A DNA stretch of 64,000 nt, taken from contig QPMI01000637.1 in the NCBI GenBank assembly GCA_004431415.1, forward strand, positions 124,001-188,000, read 5' to 3'. Below, in pieces: positions 24,584-35,147 of the stretch (its first letter is position 1; the number at the start of each line of letters is the position of its first letter). The notes under the pieces are model-generated. The model saw only the letters and a list, made by a program, of their open reading frames with translations, searched no databases and was not told the origin of the DNA. The stretch is from Cyanophora paradoxa CCMP329 (lineage: Eukaryota; Plantae; Glaucophyta). Position numbers and translations under genes: made by a program.

Positions 24584-26157
24584 CTACGCGATCGCGCTGA
24601 TCTTGACTGTGACCTGGAAGGAAAGGTCGCCTTCGTGAAGGAAGCCGGAAGCAGGATTCGACACGAGATCCAGGGGGATGAACTGCGGGCTACCCATACC
24701 TCCCTTCATAGCCTGTACATGAGGGAACACTCCAAACATGGTCTTGCTTCGCATACGATTCTCGTTCAGAAGAGTTATTGCATAGCTAATACGCTGACTG
24801 TCAGATTGGAGAGCGACAGCTGAAGCGGAGCGCCTCAGATAGACTCCCAATTGACGACCGGTCGAAGTTTCGACCATCGAATTTCCGTTCGGATAAACAC
24901 TCATCTCCCTGCATTCATTTAGCTTAGATTCAAGCTTAATAAAGTCAAGCTTAGATTTGATGAAATAATTCAACAGACCAGCCACTCGGGTCTCGAAGGA
25001 CCAGCACATGCGCAGCGCCCTTGCCTCGTTCCTCCGCAAAGTTGCGAAGACGGATGGTGAATCGAGCGGATTCGCGATGTCTCTGTTGTTTGTTTAGGTA
25101 AAATAGGGCATTACTATGCAGGATAAGAGGCAAATCATATTACTTCGTTCGCAATATCGCTCGGGAGAAAAGCATGCCCCTGCATGAATGCCGTAGCATT
25201 CCGCGACGCTTCTGTTAACCGCTGTGCCACATTCACTCGCTGAATCGCCGCATCTGCCCGCTCTCGCTGCTGCTGCGCCTCTATCCGTGCCTGCTCCAGA
25301 CGTTCCCTGCACCGCTGCCGGCACGTCCCTGCTCCCCGTGAGAATGTAGCAGGTCCAGGGGGAGGGAGGCGAGCGGGCGCGCGGGCGCACGGAGGTGCTC
25401 CTCGCGCTCGGGGTCGGTGACCTCGTCGGGGCACCCGATGTCCGCGTTCGGGCACGGCCGCCGCACCTTGTCGCACGCCGCCTCGTGCGCCTGCGGACCA
25501 GGCCGGGCATTAGAAGCTCAGAGCGCCGCCTCTGGCAGCCGCGACGAAGCGTCTCACCTGGAGGTCCTTGAGCCTGCACTCTGCCTCGCACCCGCGGCAC
25601 TGCCGGAGCGCGAGGGGGCACTGCGCGATGTGATCCGCGCGGTTGGAAAGCGCGCCAGTCCAGTCGCAGCCGTCTTTGCCGTACTGGCAGCTGCGAATAG
25701 TATGCGCGTGAGTTTGCTGTAGGCGACCATGGCGGCGCGCGCCGGCGCGGGCCTCGCGTGGAGCTCGCCGACGAGGCGGCGGATGCTCTTGGCGGGGCGC
25801 ACGGCGTCCCTCCTCAACCCCTCGTTGCACCTGCAGCGCAGGAGGGAGACGAGCGTCTGAGCGCGACTCAAGCAGATGGATGCGCAGTGGATGCACGTCG
25901 GGCATGCGGCGCCGTCGGGGCGAGCGTCGAACCAGCCATCCAGACAGGTCCTGCAGAACACGTGCTGCTCGTCGCAGTTCGCGTCCATCTGCGCGGCGCG
26001 CGCCCGCGGGCTCAAGATCAGGCGAATGCTCAGATGGCGGCCCCCAAGCGCCGTCGCGGGGCTTGCGAACCGGATCGTCGAGCACGTCGAGGCATATCTT
26101 GCACGTGAACATCTCCCGGGGCGCCCCGCTGACGAAAAACTCCGAGGGCCAGCCCAT
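24584..26157 (-). CDS. TRAF-like protein: RING - TRAF-type zinc fingers - coiled coil - MATH domain
   Basis: CKICLDVLDDP...C.EQHVFCRTCL...CPTC RING; CQYGKDGCDWTG..RADHIAQCP; CPNADIGC..EREEHL; MATH-like SVYPNG...LGVYL...YAITLLN...GSPQFIPLDLVSNPASGFLHEGDLSFQVTV. Confidence 0.85.
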
Positions 26158-26317
26158 TTTGCCGTGCGCCGTGCGCCGAGGACGCGCTGGAGTTCGGAAC
26201 TCGTCTTACGATCTTTCTACAGCAGCGCGACCGCGGAGGCCCTCCTAACGCTGCAGCTCACTTACGGCTGTCGGGGTACATGTACAGCTGTCATTCGGAT
26301 GCCACGGCGTGGCCAGC

Positions 26318-26367
26318 GCAGGAGCAGCGAGCGATGCTGGCTATGGCGCCGCCGGCTCCCTCATCGC
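26318..26367 (+). repeat. 50-bp dispersed repeat (copy 1)
   Basis: Identical to the reverse complement of 57028-57077. Confidence 0.8.
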
Positions 26368-27357
26368 GATCGCTTCATGATCCGAAACGCGCCGCTCGAG
26401 AGGAACGCGCTGCAAGCGAGCTCGAGCTGGACCATGGCGAGCTACGTATACGTACACTGATCATGAGATCGCTCACATGTACATCATGATCAGAAATCAA
26501 GGAGCGAGCGATAGCCGGCGCCGCGCGCGCGCGCGCGCCCGGGCCGGCGCCCCGGGCCTGGCCCGCATGCGCAGCTGCAGGCCTAGGATCCGGACCCGCT
26601 GGGGCCACGCGCATATATATATATAGCCAATCCTGCCGGCAGGACCCCAAGCAGGCATCGGGAGTCCCAGCTGCTCATGCGCATGCGCATGCATATGCAG
26701 CTGCTAATGATCATGATCGATATCGATATATATCATGCGCCTGCGCAGCGTTATCGCGCTATCTCCTCCAGACTCTGCCGCCCTCGTCCCCTCGTTCCTC
26801 GGCCGCGGCGCCGCCCCGGGCCCCGCGCGGCACGTGCACCGCCGCGGCCGAGGACAGGCACTGCGGCAGCTCCACGTGTGCACTACGTATACGGCCCCGG
26901 GCCCCGCGGCCGATCTGCTGTCGAGCCATGGGCCATGCCAGCCCCTTCGGAGCCTTACTGAGTAAGCTGAATATATAGTATACGTATATATATATACGTA
27001 TACCGTAGTACTAGTATTGCAGCAGTGATATACTGTCCAAGTCCCTGTAGCCCTGTACCCCTGGACCTCAGTCTGCTGTACCCCCAATACACCACCTTGC
27101 CAGCTATCTAGCCTGGCAATACCCTCGCCGGAGACTCTACGGGCACTCCGTGCTAGCCAGCTGTCAACAACAGCTGTGCCGGCCGAGGCCGTAGGAGTGC
27201 GGCGCGTCTACGCGGTGGTGCAGCAACAGCGGTTCATCCGGCCAGCTAGCGACTACGGGGGAGGGACAACAGCCTCAGATCGTGAGGTGCGCACCGGCGC
27301 AAGCCGCCCGGGCACGCTGCCCGAGGTCGGTCCGGTGCGCAACGGGCAACTTGCCTC

Positions 27358-28128
27358 TTGGACCATCGTCGGCTCAGCATGGGCACGCGCATCATCAGGG
27401 CGCCAGCATTCCACCAGTCGTCGAACGGCGGCGCCGAGCGTCTCGGGCAAACCTTCAAGCGCCTGGTGTACGGACTCTGCAAGGCAGCGGGGAAACCGCA
27501 CAACCACTGGTCGAACTACGTGCATCAGGCGCTGCTGGCCATGCGGACGGGCGTTCACGCGGCAACGGGCTTCCCGCCAGCGGTACTGCACTTCGGGCGG
27601 GACCTCGCGCTCCCGGGTGACCTTCGCTTCGATCCCGACGAGCGCCAGCGGCCACTCGACCCGACGTTCCTCAACGAACGTCTGCTCGACTATGCGCGCG
27701 CGGCGGAGAGTCGGGAGGCGGCGGTCGCGGCGCACCGACGGGCGTACAACAAGCGGATCCTGCGCTCGCATGGCGGCCGCCCGTTGAGCCGCTCGTTCAA
27801 GCCGGGGGAGAAAGTGCTCTGCTGGTTCGAAGGCCTCAAGCGTGGAATCCACACGGGCTGGACGGGCCCGTTCGTCGTCTTGCGGAAGCTCTCCGGAGGC
27901 CACATCTACGAGGTCAAGGCGCTGGAGGGCGCAGAGCGGCACCGAAGGACGCGGGCGATCGCTGTCCACCTCGACCTGATGATCCCTTACCGTGACCGGC
28001 CTGAACATGTAACGCGACGTCAACGCGTTGGGAGACCTCCGAAGGCGGCGCAACAGTCGGCGGCCCCCGAGGCACCTCCGGGGTCGGCGGCTGACGCGCC
28101 TGGAGTAGCTCCGATGTCTGATGCGTGA
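27358..28128 (+). pseudogene. Ty3/gypsy integrase C-terminal half (catalytic E region + GPY/F module)
   Basis: PAFHQSSNGGAERLGQTFK...ALLAMRTGVHAATGFPPAVLHFGR...FKPGEKVL...WTGPFVV...VHLDLMIPY. The HHCC domain and first two Asp are absent. Confidence 0.85.
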
Positions 28129-28215
28129 ACAACGTGGAATCGTTGACAGTCCGAAATCGTCATTGTCAGTCCGGTAAGCCACGTCACGCCTAACGGGCCC
28201 GTGCGCTAAAGAAAA

Positions 28216-28345
28216 GCCATCGTGGCACGCGAGCCATAGCGGCATCAAAAAGCCATCGCGGCACGCGAGCCATAGCGGCATCAAACGCCATCGTGGCACG
28301 CAAGCCATAGCGGCAGAGTCACAGCGACTCGAGAGCCATAGCGGC
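28216..28345 (+). repeat. ~36-bp tandem repeat (3 copies plus a partial) inside the LTR element
   Basis: Unit gccatcgtggcacgcgagccatagcggcatcaaa. Confidence 0.8.
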
Positions 28346-29645
28346 CAAACCCGGCGCGGCATCGTGCCCCGGACGACCTCTTTGTCGTTGTCAAAATGCC
28401 GTCGCTTTTCTCTTTTCGCCGGCGCATAAAGCTCTGCGCTGCTTTGCGATGCGAGCGCAACTGCTCACTTACTTGCGCCACGCGCGATTCAGATCCTCCA
28501 CGGGATCCATTCCCCCCGGCTTCCCCTCGCCGCGCGACCAGCGGCGGGGTCCCATCTTCACGGCACCTTCTCGCCGCACGGAGGCGGCGGGAACTTCGCA
28601 CACGAGGCGATGGGATTTTTCGCTGTCGTTGGCGGCACGGCAGAGGTTTTTCGCCCGGTTTTCCTCTGGCCGTTAGTGACCCTCGGGGGCAGCATCTGGG
28701 CCCGGGCCCCTCACATTTTTGCCCCCGAGCGGCAGTCCGCGCGGTCTCTCACATGACCGGTTTCTGCTGCTTAGACTCAGGCAGAATTCCTGTACCGTAG
28801 TCTCGAGTCGATTGGACCTTAGTCTATATTAGTCTGTATCTTTATCTATGGATTTCTGACCGGCGGGCGCGTAGGCTAGATAGGCGTCCCGGTCCTTTAC
28901 ATTTATGCCCCCCATTCCACGAGCCTACTGTCTCGTGAAATAGTAACATCCCCTGGTCCTGTACCACGAGCCTAGCGTCTCGTGAAATAGTAACATGCTG
29001 GTAGGCGGCAGACAATTTTTCTGTATCCCCCTGACGACTCTCTCTCTCTTGTACCCCTGACGACTCTCTTCTTGTTTTGTACCCAGCACTGATCGCTCTC
29101 ATGTACCCCTTTACTTGTCACTTGCTCCTTCTTTTCTTGTTCCAGTGCGCGAGGACGCGCACTCGTGAAATAGTAACATATTGCAGCAGTGATATACTGT
29201 CCAAGTCCCTGTAGCCCTGTACCCCTGGACCTCAGTCTGCTGTACCCCCAATACACCACCTTGCCAGCTATCTAGCCTGGCAATACTAGTAGTACGTAGC
29301 TATAGCTCTAGATCTGTCGCACCATGATCGCCGGTTCGCAGTCGGAGTTAAAGTTCATGTGCGCATGCATGCGTGTGCATGTGAAGCGGCAGCCGCAGCT
29401 TCAGGCTCGCATGAACGGCAAGGGAAAGGGCGCGGCGGAGCATCGCTATAAGTTTGGTTCGAGGTTGTCCATTGATATACGGGTCAAAAGCTTCAACTCT
29501 AATACTCAAAACATGCATATCGTTCGCGAACCGCTGCTACAGCCCTCGCTACTCGCTACATGAAATCTGCGCTGCCGAAACGGGAAGGGCGGGGGGCGTG
29601 GGAGAAAGATTCAAAAAAAAGCGCGGGTGCGCGGGGGGCCGGGGA

Positions 29646-30286
29646 CTATCGTGCGCTCTCCTTCTCCTTCTTCTTCGAGGGCTTCTCCTTCGCGGGGGCG
29701 GGCATGCAGAACGCGCTGAAGAACGTCACGCAGGGGTTCTGGGGCTCGGGCAGTGGGTGCTTTTCCAAGTACTCCGCGATCTCCTTCTCGACGTCCCGCT
29801 GCGCGCGCGAGGGTCGTCAGGCCGGCGCGCTGGTCAATCAAGAGTCAGATCAAATCTCGTCGCTGGGCGCGCACCACCTCCTCCTCGGGGGTATTTTCCT
29901 CCGTGACCTGCACTACGCACTTCTTGACGCCCTCGAACGGCTCCCGCAGGTGAATCGTGACGGTCCTCGCCGGGTCCGAACGAATGTTGTACAGCGTCGA
30001 ACCGATCGTGCGGATGCAGAGCGCTCCAGGCTGCGGGAGGCGACGCGCGTTATGAAGCGCAGGTTCGTTGCGGCGGGCGACGGCCATAGCGCCCGCCGCA
30101 GCGGCCGAGTTGACGCGAGGAGAGCCGCACCGTTGCTCCCTCGGACTCCCACTTCGACTGCGCTTCGGCGGCACCTGGATCCGCCTTCTTCACTAATTGC
30201 ATCGGGATCTCGAACAACCTGCGGCGCCCGGTGAGACGGATCTGCTGGGACGGGACGTGCGACGCGCCTGCTCCGCTCGACGCCAT
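29646..30286 (-). CDS. Small multi-exon hypothetical protein
   Basis: Coding-like exons PGALCIRTIGSTLYNIRSDPARTVTIHLREPFEGVKKCVVQVTEENTPEEEV and RDVEKEIAEYLEKHPLPEPQNPCVTFFSAFCMPAPAKEKPSKKKEKESAR*, separated by short introns. Confidence 0.5.
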
Positions 30287-30715
30287 CCCGTGTGGTTGCT
30301 GCGATCCCGTCTCGCTTCTTGAACTTCAATACGAGGATGTGCCGATCCTGCCGATCCGCGGAGATGGGCGGTGCGATTGCGGCGTTAGCTAGAGCGCCGC
30401 GGCACCGAAAGACGCTCGGAAGGATGTGCGGCACCTTGTTGACGAATATGTAAGTCATAGCTGGCCTGTGGAGGGCGCCCGGCTCTTGCAGTCCCGAGGG
30501 GGGTAGGGTCGGCTGAGATTCTATGCCGTATCCCAGCGGCGCGGCATTCGCGCTCGAACCGAAAAGTCGCGCGCGCGCCCGCAGCTTTTTCGGTTCCCCC
30601 ATGACGCTCTTACGCGTGCTATCATCTCCTGCTCGTCGCCCTTCCCCACGCCGCGAGCAGGTCGACGTCCAGCACGGTCAGCCAGCCATACGCGCGGTCC
30701 GCCGGTAGACCAGCG

Positions 30716-33700
30716 ATGCCGGCCGAGATCGAGGCCACAGCGGAGGAGAAGATCTCGGTTCGGAAGCAGGTCGGTGAGGCTCGGACGGCTCACTACCTTC
30801 AGCAAGGTGCGCGGTGGCTTCTCAGATTGCTGCCACCGGTACCGGAGCGGCCCGAGGCTCGCCTGCCGCGCCTTATCGTTCCGGGCTGAGCGCACTCGCA
30901 GCTCGGGAGAATGCGCTGGGGCTCGTGGGCGACCGGCAGGCGCTGGCGGCGGCGCGGCAGGCGCTGGACTGGATGCGGAAGCGGCAGGCGGACGAGGCGC
31001 TGGCGAAGCTGCGCTCGCTGGAGCAGGGCGTCATGCAGCGCCTCCGCCGGCGCTCCCTGCTCGCCCTCCAGATGGAAGAGTGCGCCCGGCCGCGGATCGC
31101 AAAGCGCCGCGGCCGCCATGATTCCTGAACGATCGCCGCGCAGGGCCGTCCTCCTGAAGGAGCGCCTGTCGGCCGTGCGGTCGGTGCGGGAGTCGCTCCC
31201 GCGCCTCTGCGGCCAGTTCGAGGGTGCCGCGCCCCGCCCCGGCCCGGCCGGCGCCCCGGGGCGGGCTCAGAGGCGCGGCAGCGCTGGGGCGGATGCTCGA
31301 GGGGGACAGGATCCGCCTCATCGCCGGCCTCAACGAATCCGAGCTCATGCGCTGCGTGGACAGGCGAGCGCGCGCCCCTCTGGCTCAGCGCGCCGCGCCG
31401 GCCCTCCCCCCTTACCCGTCGCAGGTTGACCTCGGCGCAGCATTGCGTCCTGAACCTCCTCCTCGCCCTCTCCAGGCACGGCCAGGTGCGCCCGGGCGGG
31501 CGTTGGCCCCGCGAGCACGACGGCCGCGCCGCCCGCCGCCCTCTGACACGCCGGCGCCGGCGCGCGACGCAGTGCACCGAGGCCGGCCGCATCCTGGAGC
31601 AGGTCCGCTGCGGCCTGCCCTGCCCGTCCCCGCCCGCCGCCCCCTCTGAATCTCGCGCGCGCCCCGCAGACGCAGCTGGAGCAGGAGGTGGCGTGGGCGG
31701 CCAGCATCGACGTCAAGGACCGCCTCCCCGGCGTCGACAAGCGCGTGCGCCAGCGCCGCAGCAGAACGCGCCCCGCCGGGGCTCGAGCCGGCGCCGACCG
31801 GGGGGCGCGCAGGCGGGCCGGTTCATGAAGCGGGCGACGACGGCGCTGGACTTCCTGCGGGCGCACCTCCTCGGGCAGGCCCCGGGCACCCCCGAGCAGG
31901 CCCCCGCCCAGCGCCCCCCCGGCGCCGGCCTCGCCCGCACGGGGTCGGCCGCCTTCGACGGCTACGAGCCCCTCCCCGGCACCAGCTGCCCGCACGGCGT
32001 CCTCAACGCCTGGACCAAGCCCGAGGGTGAGCCCCAACCCGCCCGAGGGGGTAAACGAATGCGTTGCCGGCCGCGGCCGTGACCCGTGCCCCCTCCAGAC
32101 ATCCCGAGCGAGGCGTACCCCTTCGTGGACGCCCTCTCGGGGTACTCGGAGGACGTCTCCACCGCCGCCGGCCTCGTGCAGACCTGCGTCCAGGTCCGCA
32201 CGCCCGCCTCCCGACCACCCCAAAAGAAGCGGGCCGGGCCGAGCGCTGTACCCCCCGCAGGCGCTGCAGAAGGTGCTGCTGACGGAGGGGATGTCGCGGC
32301 TGGCGAGCGCCGCCAACAGGGACTGGCAGGTCCTCGCCGGCCGCCCCAGGGTGCCCCCTCCCCGTCCCGGCCCCGCCCCGCTCCCCTCGCCCGACCCCGC
32401 CCCGCCCCAGTGGGACAAGAGCGAGAAGGAGGAGGCGCCGGCGGCGGCGGCGGCGGCGCCCTCGCCCTTTGAGATGATCCGGCGGGCCTCCCTCCCCAAG
32501 CAGGCGAGCGAGCACCTCCGCGCCCCTCTCCGCCGGCCCCTTCCAACCGCGAGGCGCGCAGGTGGAGCCGACGCTCTCGCCGGGGCGGGCCGGCCTGCAG
32601 GCCCCCGACGAGTCCGGCGCCGCCCGCGCCCTCCTCGAGGACCTCGCCAAGGTCCTGCACGCACCCCCGCCCCCCTCGTTTCCCCCCTTCCTCACGCCTC
32701 GGCGGGGACAGGCGGAGGCGCCGGAGCCGGTGCAGCTGCCGAAGGAGGGGGCGCGGGTGCGGGTGCGCGGGGGCAAGAAGAAGGGCCGCGCCGCCGGCTT
32801 CAACGCCCCCACCGCCTCCTCCCTCCGCCGTGTCTCCCTCGCCGCGCGGTCCGCCCCGCCCCCGCGCCCCGCCCCCCGCCCCCCGCCCGCGGGCCGCCGA
32901 CGCGGCCCGGGCTCCAATCGGCAGGCGCCAGTCGACGTTCTTCGGCGGCGGCGGCGAGGCGAGCTCCGGGGCACGACGCCGCGGCGCAAGTCCTCCGCGG
33001 CACCCCTCCCCACTCCTCCTCCCGCTCGGCCTCGCGCTTCGCCGCCCTCGCCCGCGCCCTCGCCGGCGGCGACGGCGGTGCCGGGCCGAGGGCGGGCGCC
33101 GGGCAGCGGGGCCCCCGCGAGCCCCGCCCTCCTGCAGCCCTCCGTGCGCCCTGCCTGAACCCGCTTCCCCGCGCCTCCGCCTGACGGCGGGCTGGGCGGC
33201 AGGCCTCCGTGCGGCGCTTCCTCTCCTTCGAGGGGGCCGCGGCGCCGCCCTCGCCCGTCTCCCCGCGGCGGCGCTGGCGGCGGAGCGGCGGCGGGGCTCG
33301 CGCACGTCGGAGCGGCGGCGGGAGGGCTCGCTGCTGTGGGGCCGGACGGCACGCTGGGGCGCCGGCCCTCGGAGGCCGAGCTGGAGGGCGCCTCGCCGGC
33401 CGCCCGCCAGTCCACCTCGTCCCTGCGGGGGGCGGGGGAGCGCCGCGCCCGCGCCGGCTCCCTCCGCCGCCCCTCGGCCCAGCGCGCCCTCGAGTCGGCC
33501 CTCGCGCGGCTCGCCTCGGGCGAGACCGACGTCGAGTACGAGTACGAGCGGGGGTACGAGGAGGCGGAGTGGGCGCTGCCGGAGGGGGCCGAGCACGCGG
33601 GGGGGTACGAGGCGACGTTCGAGGAGCCGGGCCCGCCCCCCGAGATCGAGTCGGGGGCGCGGGCCAAGCGCGAGCTCGCCGAGCGCCGCGCCCGCCGCCG

Positions 33701-34719
33701 CTCCGGCACCCCCGTGCGCCCCTTCTTCTGTACCCCTCCCCGGCCCCGCCGGTTCTCTTCTAATGTGTCCACGCAGTCCCCGGAGCAGTCGCCGGTGCCG
33801 CAGCCGCTGGCGCCCACCGTGCGGCCGCCGCCGCTGGAGGGCGGCTCGTCCGTCCCCCCGTCCCCGCGGAGCCCCCTCCTGCCCCCGCGCAGTCCCCTCA
33901 ACCCTTGGACCGCCCCGCCATCCGCCTCGGTCCGCGCCCCGGCCCATCGTACCCTTCAGCCCCCTCACGCCGCCCCGCGCCGCAGGCCCCGCCGACGCCC
34001 CCGCCCCGCTCGGCCTCACCCCTCCTCGACCTCGTTGCCGTCCGCCGCCTCCGCCAGGCCCGCCCGCGCCCCGCCCCGAGAGCTCCGCGCCCCCCTCACG
34101 CGCCCCGCAGGCGCTGGCGCAGGCGCACGCGGACCCGTCGGGGGCGGCGGCGGAGGTCTCGCGGGCGCTGCAGCGCTCGGCGGGGGCCAGGCGCGCGTCC
34201 CTTCGCCGCTCTACCTGCAGGGCCCGCCCTCGCCCCTCGCCGGCGCGAGCTTCCTCGTCGCCCGCCGCGTGGGCGCCGGGAGCCCCGTGCACGCCCACCT
34301 CCTCGCCCCCTTCCGCTCCGTGTCGGCGCCCCCGGAGGCCGAGGAGGCCGGCGGGCCCGGGCCCCTCCGCTTCGCCTCCGGCCCCCGCCCCTCTCCCCGC
34401 AGGGCCTCGGGCCCCTCAGGCGGCCGGCCGCCGTCCGCGCCGCCCCTCCGCCTCCCCGCGCCCTAGCCGGCCGGTGGGGAGCCCCGGGGGCTCGCCCTCG
34501 CCTGGCGCACGCCGCCGGCCTCGCCGCTCTCGGGGGCCCGCCGGCCCTCGCCCTCGGGGGGCGCCTTCGGGGGGCCCCCGGGGAGCCCCGCCCGGGTGCC
34601 CCTCCGCCACGCCACCGTCACGCCCGTCTGGGGCCCCGCCGACCGCGGCTAGCCGGCGGTGGGGGGGTCCCTGCGGTGTGCACGTGCATGCCCGGCCACT
34701 CGAGGCCACTTCTAAGTAG
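30716..34719 (+). CDS. Multi-exon hypothetical protein (helical N-terminal half, low-complexity C-terminal half)
   Basis: Chain of GC3-biased exons separated by ~50-70 nt GT/GC-AG introns; no recognisable domain. Confidence 0.5.
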
Positions 34720-35147
34720 CTTGCTTGGTAGTTCGAATTCCGCGCGCGCCGATAGTTTCACGTACGTAAACAAGTCTAAGTTGTAAATTTGTAGAGAGAT
34801 CTAGATCTCCCGTGCCCAATTTCATCGATATCGTGCCAATACGCGGCGCAAGCGCGCGCGGGCGAATTTGATCCGCGAGCCTGGGGGGTACAGACACGAA
34901 CGTGAGTGGCCTCAGTCAGCCTGCAGGTATCGTTGTGCAGCTGGACGTCCCGATCACCTCTGGTCGAGTCATAGAAGCTACGTGCAGCTCAGTTGCGCGC
35001 ATAGAGATCGTAGCGGGCAATCCTGTCACCTGTTGCCCTCGCCATCCGTTGAGCACATCCGCCGGCGTAGAGGTCGTGCCGCAGTGCAGTACAGCTTGTA
35101 CGTGCTGGAAGAAGGAAGTCGGACGGCTGCCGCCGGCCGGTTGGGTA

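Larger units (their letters stand above)
27015..29285 (+). mobile_element. Internally deleted Ty3/gypsy-type LTR element, 2.27 kb
   Basis: Identical 107-bp direct repeats (27015-27121 and 29179-29285) with TATTGC...GCAATA ends, CTAG duplicated on both outer sides, and an internal integrase C-terminal fragment. Confidence 0.85.

Noticed and set aside
28216-28345. 36-bp repeats as a CRISPR array
   Set aside because: Head-to-tail tandem units with no unique spacers.
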